Shown in pieces: positions 1-10,122 of a DNA stretch of 64,000 nucleotides. Within the stretch, counting starts at the first letter, position 1; each line of letters starts with the position of its first letter. Under the pieces are notes generated by a model. The model had not been told where the DNA came from. It did no database searches and saw nothing but the letters and a program-made list of their open reading frames with translations. This DNA is from Balanoglossus misakiensis (taxonomy: Eukaryota; Animalia; Hemichordata): contig CM082590.2 of the NCBI GenBank assembly GCA_040954595.2, forward strand, positions 5,332,001 to 5,396,000. The letters are read 5' to 3'. The translations under genes were made by a program, and so were the position numbers.

Positions 1-25
1 CTACAACCAGATACACAGGACTTAC

Positions 26-169
26 CTCCATACGGACCACCGCTCTGACGACCACTGCCACCGTAACCACCAGAACCACCACCGCTGCCCCTCACTGGTC
101 CAAAATTTGACTGTCCACTGGCATAATTGCTTCCAAAGTCATTGTAGTTTCCACTACTGTTGCTATACC
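26..169 (-). pseudogene. Orphan exon resembling the hnRNP A1/A2/A3 glycine-rich/M9 region
   Basis: aag|GG...GGAG|gtaagt, 144 nt, phase 1-1. Translates (G)YSNSSGNYNDFGSNYASGQSNFGPVRGSGGGSGGYGGSGRQSGGPYG(G), which resembles the hnRNP A1 YNDFGNY..SNFGPMKGG..SGPYGG segment. No RRM exons seen upstream in the window. Confidence 0.75.
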
Positions 170-621
170 CTTTAATTTAGAAAAAAAAAACAATAGAAAT
201 GCATTATCATAACAATAGTACTATGCAAAATACCTTGAATTGTTTTACCTGTTGAAAAAACTCGAGAAAATGAATATCAGTCTCTAAAATTTATGCATTT
301 TGGACCAGATTTTACTCTCAACTCTCATATCATACAAGGGGGATGGAAGTTGTGTGTGGTTGAACGTTCATTCATTACATATACACATGTACAGTGTCTT
401 GTATCAAACATAATTAATGGAAAAAAAGGGCAGCGAAAGAGAGACTTTATCCCTTTAATGTTCAGTCAATCTAGACAAGAGGGACCCAAAGTTAAGGGAC
501 TTTCAAAAATTGGACTTTATAGACAGGTGGCCTTTATAGACGGGTTGATTAATATACATGTTTATATTAAAATCTTGGAAATGACGAAATTCTACAGCCA
601 AATTCAGATTCGAATACACAC

Positions 622-749
622 CTTGAAATGGTTGGCTGCCTGTTTCAATCCAACATCAGTATCCAAATTTTGAACTCAAGCAATTTGGCTGTGAAGTGCA
701 GCCATGTTGAACAAGACACAAGCCTTCTCAAAAGAGGATGATGTCATAC
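622..749 (-). pseudogene. PDCD6IP: Orphan PDCD6IP/ALIX-like Bro1-domain exon with an in-frame stop
   Basis: tag|GT...AAG|gtgtgt, 128 nt. Translates MTSSSFEKACVLFNMAALHSQIA*VQNLDTDVGLKQAANHFK, compared with ALIX (recalled) YEKSCVLFNCAALASQIAAEQNLDNDEGLKIAAKHYQ. TGA at 676-678. Confidence 0.8.
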
Positions 750-1154
750 CTATACAAAACAAGAAAAATACAAGATTGAATCATTCATATGGATTACATT
801 ATGTTGTCCCCCAAAATAATATGTGCTGTTCTGATTAGTACCATACTGTTAAAGAGTGATGAGGAATGATCAAATTAATTATTTTTGGATTTAATTTATA
901 TTTCTTGTGGTGGCTGGGAACACAGTTTACTCTGTAGAACAACTTTACAGTGAAAGAGTTTTAAACTGCGCCCTGTCGAATTATACCATGGAAGTTTTTG
1001 AGTGAGATGTGATGTACCAGTGGTTGGGTATACTTAGACAACAAGATTATCAAGTGAACCACAGGAAATAAAAACCACAGGTAGTGTTTCATATATCTTT
1101 GAAATACAGTAGAAGGAGATCATATAACCTATTTCTCACAACTTTTTGGTTTAA

Positions 1155-1239
1155 CCCTTTCACCCCCAGTTCCCTCTATAGAGGTCCAACTTTATTATAG
1201 AAAACAATGGGTTTGGACTGAACCATGGTGGTGAAAGGG
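1155..1239. mobile_element. piggyBac-like MITE
   Basis: TTAA-CCCTTTCACC...GGTGAAAGGG-TTAA. A diverged inverted copy lies at about 50588-50678. Confidence 0.7.
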
Positions 1240-1681
1240 TTAAACCCGAGTGGACAGACCTGCAATGCACAAAATCAGGGTTGAAAGTGTTCAGAGTTTG
1301 ATACATGTATTACATATACGAATTCTTTGCCATGATACATGTACGTGTGAAACATATATTGTATCATCTCCCTATTTAAAATCAGTGTGCCCTCTAAGCC
1401 CATATGACGCGCCACTGACTCAACAAACTCACTTGAGATTCAAGAAAATTATCCACTATACATGAAAAGGTATAGGGCTGACTCAGAGAAATTGTTCAGA
1501 AACTTGAATATCAATTTTGGAATATTTTGTTTGGCTCAGGCTGATATCTTTTACTTGTGGGAAGAGGCAACAGCATAAGAATACCGTACAGCATGAAGTA
1601 AAAAGTGTCAAGGTACCATACATTTGATTTGAATCAGATTGTGATAATAGATAATTTTTACTATTTGACAAATTGACTTAC

Positions 1682-1738
1682 CCATGTTGCATCATCATTA
1701 TCTGTGTTCCTTCACCACAGTTGATCAGATAACGGCAA
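1682..1738 (-). pseudogene. ELAC2: ELAC2/RNase Z(L)-like exon 2
   Basis: ctag|T TGC CGT TAT CTG ATC AAC TGT GGT GAA GGA ACA CAG...CAT GG|gtaagt = CRYLINCGEGTQIMMMQH(G). Matches the tRNase Z N-terminal motif RYLFNCGEGxQRxMQEH. Confidence 0.75.
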
Positions 1739-2015
1739 CTAGAACAACAAAATATACGTACCATGTGTCAAATCCCTTTTTTATAGTCTTTGAAAAACTA
1801 TCACTAGGGAAGGATATGGTACAATTAGCGTTGCTACCTATGATTTTTTGGTGTGAAAATTGTTTTACAGTTGCATGATGAAGTAAATATGGATGATCCA
1901 CTTCACAGGAACATTGCATGATTTAACTGAACTGTCATTTGCAGTACTTATTTTTGTGACCTTACTCTCTGAAAGTTGAATGTATCAGACATCATGTCAG
2001 GTTCTTTCTTACTTC

Positions 2016-2280
2016 TTAGTATCTAGCCGTGTTTTGTCCACTTTGCATCCAAAACTAATGTCTAGCCTTGTGGATGCCACTGGCCCAATAAAGCCTGATA
2101 CCCCTTGTTGGGAATTGTGATGTAATTAGTGTCCCTTTGAAGTCAATTACAGACTTTGTTTTTCAAATGATTGGACAGAGGATATATATATACACATGTG
2201 TAATTAAATTTCAATGTAATTAGCCCTGCCTTTACTATAATCTTAAACTCTATCAACACTGTTAAGTTAATGTGATTTTC
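2016..2280. repeat. Dispersed repeat (non-autonomous DNA transposon family with TAG-like termini)
   Basis: tagtatctagccgt...gggaattgtgatgtaa...gaagtcaat recurs at about 53510-53780 and 59810-60075. A short version with both TIRs lies at 62156-62283. Confidence 0.7.
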
Positions 2281-2725
2281 CCACCTTTTCCTGCTTGATT
2301 CATTGTGGCTATGTGTATCTATGACAATTTGACTGTCAGTGATCCGATGTTTATAAATCCCGACCTGACCTGACCAGGTTGATAAGTATAAGAAAAACTA
2401 TGTATCGATAATCCATGTTTTTCTTATTAGCACGATCATCATGCAAATTAGTGAAAACTGTAAATAACCGTCAGAATAATCATGTTAATAGGTAATACAA
2501 AAAAATATTGTCAGTCGAGAAATGCTAATAATCAAAATGTTGATCACGTCGATAGGAACAGCCATTCAAGTTCCATTGATCACCCTCATTGCCATCGGCC
2601 ACCCCCACTTCATAACTCTAACCAAATAATGATATAATGATCAACACCAATTTTAAAATGTTGGTGATATTCTCACGCTGTACCCAATGTGATAACAATG
2701 AATGCAATGTGGATAGCATTCTACC

Positions 2726-3000
2726 CACAGGGAGCTCTTCTTCCTTGTTTGTAATGTGTGTGTGTTGATATTGATTAATATAATAAAACAAATCTGTGAA
2801 AATATATGTTCACCTTTGTTTGTTGACAGGTAAAGTTTGGGGTACACATGTATTCAACAGAAAAGGGTTAGACTACCCTAACCTGTCTACGAACAAACAA
2901 TCATGACTATATTTGCAAACACACATATTTTTTTCAAACATTTTTAAATTAATCAATCACAACACACACTTTTACAAACAAGGACGAAGAGCTCTCTGTG
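2726..3000. mobile_element. Foldback MITE, possibly P-element type
   Basis: TIRs CACAGGGAGCTCTTCTTCCTTGTTTGTAA / TTACAAACAAGGACGAAGAGCTCTCTGTG, flanked by the 7-bp direct repeat TTCTACC (2719-2725, 3001-3007). Confidence 0.7.
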
Positions 3001-3386
3001 TTCTACCCACAAACGTCGGAATCATACTGCAGTGGTCGCCTGATTCAACCAGTAAAGGTCACACGAGGTCATCAATTGTTGTCGGTTTTCTGGTTGACAT
3101 TTCTCTGAAAACACGCGGTTTTTTTCACGGACTTATTTTGGCGATTGGTGTGAGTAGTCATGAAGTGTAATGTTTGGAGCATTGCTTGACCCTAGTTACT
3201 GTTGTGCGATAGGGTGAAATCGTCAGCTGAAATTTATTGTCGATCGTCCATAGGCTCCAGTTTATTATTCGACGTCTGTGTTTCTACCCACACACTAAGT
3301 CGTGAAAACTATCAGTGATATCTAAAAACCATGGAGGTATCCCCATGCTAAAAACACACAAAATACTGCAATGTTTCAATACTCAC

Positions 3387-3634
3387 TCTGCCAAATCTGT
3401 ACAGACGAATAATGATGGTGGAGAGTGTAAGGGGGCCTGAACCCATGACTTGCTGAGAAAACAGTTGCTCGCTCCTTGGCTTGCCATGTTTTGGAGAAAC
3501 ATGAAACCGTTCTGGATGTATAACGAACACAGGTCAAGCACCGTCTTACCATAGAACAGGCGACATTGGAGTTTATGACAGAAACGTGCTATTAAAACAA
3601 ATTGGCAGGTTCGAGTTTCTAGCCTGCATGCCAT
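3387..3634 (-). pseudogene. ELAC2: ELAC2/RNase Z(L)-like exon 1
   Basis: ATG at 3634 followed by an Arg-rich leader and a second Met (MASQGASNCFL). QVMGSG lies in a shifted frame, then HSPPSLFVCTDLA and GA|gtgagt (phase 2), which joins in frame to the exon at 1682-1738. Resembles ELAC2 YLQVVAAGS..AALYVFSEFNR|YLFNCGEG. Confidence 0.65.
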
Positions 3635-4639
3635 GTTTACATCGAAGACTATGTACGGGTCAAAGGCAAAGGGTCGAAGGTCAGCAACAGCGCCCTCTTG
3701 GGGTATATTCTGTGGAACTTTTGAAAGTTCCCGATCTCGTATCCAAAGGACGCCAGCAGAATTATTTCCCGCGGCATTTTAATTCTCATTCAAATATGAA
3801 ATAAGTAAAACTCACCCGGTCTGAATTGGTTTGTTTAAAGGGGAGTTAGGATAGGGTCTTCCTTCGGTAGTTTTGACCCCCAATTAGGCCTAAACCTATG
3901 AAACAAAGGCTTTAGAGAAGATATCTTATTTTTCCAATTTTCTAACAGTAGGCGTGTTTATGGCTAATCATTTAAATCCTTTCCTAAACATAGGCCTAAA
4001 GAAAATAAACCCGGTGAAGACTGGTTGGTTTAAAGGGAGTTTGACTATGAATATGACTCGATCATTTGAAACTTCATACGACAGGTGAATTAAGTAACGC
4101 ACTATACAGAGCATATCAACTTTCAAAGGCCATCTCCGAAAATGCTCATTGGAATTTCACAAGAAATTCAGAACTTATTCCCAGAATTGCACTCAGAACA
4201 GCGGGCATAGCTGGCAAACATACTTATATCAATAACAATGTTTCAAGGACTATGTTGATTAGGCCTATATAAGAAATCGTTTTGTAGATTCGGCGGTCAA
4301 AACTATACAACGAAGACTAAGTTTAAGGTAAAGGTCTATTCAAAATCGAAAATACAATCTAATAGAGAGAAAACTACACGCCACTGATAAGTTAAACTGT
4401 TATTTTTCTAGAAGCGTCCCAAAGCTTTAATGATGTCACATATACAAAATTTATAAAAATTGTGTGAAATATGATGAAATCGCGCGCATCATGCAAGAAC
4501 TATGACGTCATTCCAAACGACGGCAGCCAGAGAAACAAAAAAAATCACAATATTAATAAAATTGCCTACCTACCTACCCTTTTTTGAAAACCATGTAATC
4601 GGAACACATATATTATTTTTCTGTTGCCTAAGACCGAAA

Positions 4640-4845
4640 GAGTGATGTTCAAACTTCTTCGACACGGTGATGATTCTTGCTGCTGTGTTTTGTGAGCGCT
4701 GAAGTAGATTTATTGCAGATTGAGGAAGACCAAAAAGTAACGAATTGCAGTAATCAAGTTTGGTTGAAAGAACTGCGTGAATAAAAGTACAACAATCATT
4801 AGAAGACAGGTACTGACGTATTGATCCGGTGCGTCGAAGACGAAA
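4640..4845 (-). mobile_element. L2/CR1-group LINE reverse transcriptase C-terminal fragment
   Basis: IRQYLS...IHAVLSTKLDYCNSLLFGLPQSAINLLQRSQNTAARII is a typical L2/Crack ORF2 C-terminal motif. Confidence 0.8.
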
Positions 4846-4874
4846 AACACACAAGTTGTCAGGCCTACTCTCTT

Positions 4875-4992
4875 GGAGTGAGGAGGAACCCAAACCCTAA
4901 CCCTAGCCCTAACCCTAACCCTAGGAGTGAGGAGAAACCCAAACCCTAACCCTAACCCTAGGAGTGAGGAAAAACCCCTAACCCTAATTAGG
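4875..4992. repeat. Interstitial telomere-like (CCCTAA)n tracts in a composite tandem repeat
   Basis: Three blocks of GGAGTGAGGA(G/A)...AAACCC followed by 2-4 CCCTAA/CCCTAG hexamers. Confidence 0.75.
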
Positions 4993-6227
4993 GTCCAAGT
5001 GGTCCCCCATGTAACCCGAATTCAAAGGTCTACCAAAAAAAACATTATGTTTTTTAAAGGTTATAAACACTGTAAATGATAGATTTCAATGAAAATAATT
5101 TATTTTAAGTTTTTGGAGCTCTAACCCTTGTATATTTCAGGGAGATTAAATCTCAGGTAACATAGAGGACCAGTTTATCGGTTAAGGTATTCATCAAGAT
5201 TTAGGAATATTATTCAACAAACCTGTGTTGGGGACCACTTTGATGTTACCTGTATATTGTCTATGGGCGAAAATGCGAACTTTCTAAATTGTTGCAATTT
5301 CATTGTTTTTAAACATACAGCTGTCAAACTCACATATGTATTAAAGTTGACATAACAGCTTTCAAAACTAGTTTCAGTTTTAAAATTGAAGGTCGCTAAG
5401 TGTGTGAGTTGTAGGTTGCAAAATACATACCAAAGGTGAATTTTAAAATTTTCATGCTTGTTTTGTTCTGAGCACACCAGTTTGTTTATTTCTTAGGCTT
5501 TCACTTTGATTGTTCAATATGTTGATTTTTTTAATATACACTTTGCTTTTTTAAGATTATTTTTTTATTTTAAGCATTTCAAAGATGAAACTTTGGGTAG
5601 ACCATTATGAGATGTTATAGAATATTGAAAAGTGTACACTATTAAGATGGGACACCATTAAATATTTCAAATAATGCTGCAAAATAGACTGAAATAATCC
5701 CATTGACTTAACATGAATAAAAACAAAAGAATAAGTTTTTGGGGACACTTGGAGATTTTTTTATGTTGAAAACTCGGCGAAAAACGGGTTGTTTTATGCT
5801 TATTCTAACGAATATCTTACAATCCAATATTTGGTTTTTAAGCTCAGAGTCTGGGCTCTCTAACCCTGAAAACAGTTTTCCAAAAATCATAGAAATGAAA
5901 TCAGAGAGCCAACGATTACAATTTGTTACGATCGTATTTTGCACTCACTTCCGGGTTTCGGCGAATTGCAGACAAATACTTTTTATAAAATGCTTCGTCT
6001 TATGCTTATTCTAACAGTTATCTAACAATCCAATATATGGTTTTAAAGCTTAGAATCTTGTCTCTCTAACCGCTGAAACCGTTTTTCAAAAATCGTAGAA
6101 GTGAAATCAGGGAGCCAACGATTACAATTTGTTATGGTCTTTTTTCGTGTGTAGGGTTAGGTACATAGGGATTTGGGCGACAGGCAAAATCCTCAGTTTT
6201 TTACGTTAAGTTTACATCACTTCTGAC

Positions 6228-8005
6228 TCACTTAGAGAGGGCCGATCTTTAAAGTATAACGTGTTTTGAAATCGTCAATTACTGCTCTAAAACATGTTAA
6301 AGACTCGAGTTGGTATCTTTTAGAATAAATTAATAGGTTTGCTAAAAATAAAGTGATGTTTAAGTGATTCTTTTGTTTTTATGCATGTTAAAGAATAGGA
6401 CAAATTATAATATTTGTGACCCTATCCTGATTTGTACAATTAAAGTAGCTTGAGTACTGTTTTTTTCATGATGTATAGACATTTGAATTCTCTATGCTAT
6501 AGTAAATTATGTTTTTTTAAATGTAGACAAGAAGTTATAAATATGTAATTATGAAAAATAATGTCAGTGCCCCATATGCTTTACACTGTAGACAACAGGG
6601 TGTCATAGGTTAAAATTTTGGAAAGTAAGAAAACATGTTGTTTAAAGCTTGTTATTTTCAGAGTGTGTAAAGAACATGATGGGATACTCCATACATTTTT
6701 TAAAAAGTTGTTACATGTACAGCAATGCCAGTAGCTATTGAGTCAAAATAGGTAATTCAAATATCTCACAATGACATTTTGGTTATATTGCCATGTGTTT
6801 GCAAAGTTGCTATAAACACTTAGCATTGTCCAATTTAAACACAATTTTCTGTTTTGAAAAGGATATAATAAACTTCATAACAGATTGAAGAATCAAATTG
6901 ATTGTGTTAGGAATAAGGAAACCGCATTGTTCCAAGAAAGGCGCTGTCAATCGACAAAGTAGACAATGCTGTTTGACCCCTTTAACAGCCTATATTATCA
7001 CCCAAAATTGACATTGTTTGTACCACTCTGGTTTCTTTATTTATTCAGCATTGAAGTTCACACTTTAACAATATTTTAAATACATATTGTTCTTTATAAT
7101 ACATATGAAACAGTTTTAAAATCGGATGATGCTAAGTGTTTAAACCAACTTTGCAAACATATATTGAAATATAACAAAATTGTCATTGTCAGATTTATGA
7201 ATTACCTATTTTGACTCATTAGCTACTGGCATTGCTGTACATGTAACAACTTTAAAAAAATGTATGGAGTATCCCATCATGTTCTTAACACATTCTGAAA
7301 ATAACAAGCTTTAAACAACATGTTTTCTTACTTTCCAAAATTTTAACCTATGACACCCTGTTGTCTACAGTGTAAAGCCTATGGGGCACTGACATTATTT
7401 TTCATAATTACAGTTTTATAACTTCTTGTCTACATTGTCTCATTTAGAGTGGGCCGATCTTTAAAGTGTAACCTGTTTTGAAATCGTCAACTACTGCTCT
7501 AAAACATATTGAAGACCTGATGTGGTATCCTTAAGAATAAATTAATATTTGTGCCAACAAAAAAGTGATGTTTAAGTGATTCTTTTGTTTTTATGCATGC
7601 TAAAGAATAGAACAAATGATAAAACTTAAGACCCTACCCTAAGATGTACAATAAAGGAGATTTATTACTGATTTTTTCAGGAAGAATAGACATATAAATT
7701 CTCTTTTCTGGAGTACATTAATATTAAATAAATAAAGACAAAAGTTATAAAAATATAATTATGAAACAAAATGTTTGTGCCCCATAGGCTTAACACTGTA
7801 GAAAACCAGGTGTCATAGGTAAAAAATTAGGAAAGTAAGAAAACATGTTGTTCAAAGCTTGTTATTTTCAGAGACTGTTAAGAACATGATGGGATACTAC
7901 ATACATTTTTTTTAAAGTTGTTACCTGTAAAGTAATGCCAGTAGCTATTGATAGAAACTAGGTAATTCATAAATCTCACATGGACATTTTCGTTATATTG
8001 CCACT
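6228..8005. repeat. Direct plus inverted duplication complex
   Basis: About 6520-6830 is inverted at about 7123-7436 (roughly 310 bp arms, high identity), and about 6228-6800 is repeated directly at about 7440-8005. Confidence 0.8.
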
Positions 8006-8379
8006 TTATTTTTGGCACACCAGTTGATTTATTCTTGAAGATTTCACATCGGGTCTTGAATATGTTTTAGAGTAATGATTGGCGATCTCCAAACAGGGTA
8101 CACTTTTAAGATCGACGTACTCCAAGTGTGTAAAATCCGATTTAATAACATGCATCCACTGTTCATGTAATACATGGGCAAGTTTAAATTAGGGACCAGA
8201 GTTTATCACTTACCTTAGCTTCATTTCTCTTCATGATTGCATTGGTTCATTTCCTGTAGATTATTGTGCATGTTACAACAGATTGACTTCAAAAGTACTG
8301 CATTTAAGTTCTCTCTTATCCACCCTATTAATTCTGTCCTTTCTTATTCTTAATTGACGTACGGACGGTGGAAAATTTG

Positions 8380-9310
8380 TTTGGTTGAGAATTCCGCCAT
8401 TTCATCAGCCAAAGTTGGGTTGTCTTCTTGTACTTTTCAACATCTTTGCTGCTAACTTTACCAACTGCTATCTCTTCTGCAAACATTTCTTCAATGGCTT
8501 GCTAAAAGTGTGATGGCCGTGTTTAATTCCTTGGCCTGAAGTTTGACTTATATTGTCCCGACCCCCCCCCCTGTACCAGGGCTGCCAGTCATCTCCACAC
8601 CACCCTCATCTGTATTGTCAACAAAAGGCCTTTTGGATATGGCCAGTTTTTAAAACAACTGATTTGGGTGGTGGTCAATGCTGGGTGGTTACTGTGCTTC
8701 CCACTGAACTCTCATCATTTTCATATTGCTCAGTTGCACTCACTTTCATTTTTTCTCTTCCATTTTTCTATTCGCAACTATCTTGGAACACAATTCACGC
8801 GTTGAATAGGTAACACTCGCAGATTCCTGCACACCTTTTGTCATGGCATAAAGAGATGCCTGTGTGCGGGAACTATGTGCCATGTGTGACGCGAGGGGAA
8901 CTGCAAGATCAGGATCGTTCAGCAAAATATATGTAACGATGGATTTGCATAAAATTGTTGTGGTCAGTTCTTTTGAACAGACATCCGCGAAGCGCCAGGC
9001 AGCTTTCAGCGCCTTCGCAAACATACTCGAGTTAAAATCCCCGCCATGATACATCCTGAACAACCTGGTAGAGTTCTCATTCCCCCCCCCCCTCACAAAA
9101 GGGTAACGCATATTCAATATACATCATAGCCTGTTTATACAGTGTAGACGAGAAAACAATTCTTGCGGTCCCTGATGTTGCTGAAGTTTTATGTGCCGCA
9201 ATAGTCACAACCAACCCCTTGTCAGTCTCTTTGGGCTGCTCTAACATCCCCAACTGTTATGTTTTCATAGGCACAATTTCTTTGCGCATTGTCTAGGACT
9301 AGTTGCACCA
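8380..9310 (-). mobile_element. Degenerate tyrosine recombinase, Crypton-like
   Basis: Frameshifted pieces: LVLDNAQR..NITVGDV..LVVTIAAHKTSATSGTARIVFSSTLY and ELTTTILCKSIVT...LASHMAHSSRTQASLYA. These give the R..HKT..TxxR(K)..MxHS..T...Y layout of eukaryotic YR proteins, with the catalytic Arg apparently mutated to Cys. Confidence 0.65.
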
Positions 9311-9770
9311 TAAGGCTGCATTCACAAACACCTCTGGAGGGGGGGGGGGGCAGGAGAATTGAGGGGGGGATTTCAAAAAATTGAGGGTATGTAAGGGGGG
9401 ATTTGAAATAATTTAGGGACTGAAAGGGGGGGACTTGAAAACTTTGACGACTAAATATTTATTTTGAGTCCACAAAAATGCCGTTTCGCGCCCTTTATTT
9501 TACAAAATTTTCTGATGGGGGAGGGGGACACCCCCTCCCACACCCGCCCCCTCCATTAATCAACACCTTTCAATCATTGATTGGTTTATCTAGTGTCCCA
9601 CGTCAGGGGACTTGCCCCCACCGCATGATAACTTTGAGCGGCAACGGTTAAATTTGTCCTCCCCAACATACCGATAGTTGAGTTTTTGCCAGGTTCATTA
9701 AAATGCAGCTTTGAGCTCTGTATTTTATAACATTTTCTTACGTGAAATCCCCCCCCCCAATTTTCTTTCA
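9311..9770. mobile_element. G/C-run-rich non-autonomous element fragment(s)
   Basis: Begins taaggctgcattcacaaac followed by multiple G runs, and truncates the YR ORF. About 9640-9745 is shared with about 17220-17320. Confidence 0.5.
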
Positions 9771-10122
9771 CAGAGCAAAACACATCACCTAGTATCTATC
9801 TTGTAAAAAAACCACCCCTACCCTCTTTCTCTCTTATTTCTGCCTCCAATTCTCCGTCTGTTTCAATAACCACCCCTATCTCGCCTTCAGAATCACTTCT
9901 ATTGTCTGATTCGAAATCTCTTTCTCTTTCACTAACCCTCTCCCCCATCTCACCATCACTTTTATTATTTCTGACTTCTAAAGATCTTTTCTCCCCTTCC
10001 CTACAACTTCCTGCCCTACATTGCCCTTTTTCCTCTGCTGTGTAATGTATTCCCTTTTGAGTCGCAATGCAACTCTAGCAGTTTGGGCCAGTTAGTATTT
10101 TGTATTTGGGGTATCTGGTACT

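Noticed and set aside
26-3634. A functional ELAC2-ALIX-hnRNP fusion protein, or an intact hnRNP gene
   Set aside because: Exon phases are incompatible (2 to 1, 0 to 1), the ALIX exon has a stop, and no RRM exons were found upstream.
4883-4990. True chromosome end
   Set aside because: The tracts are only a few hexamers long and are flanked by ordinary sequence on both sides.
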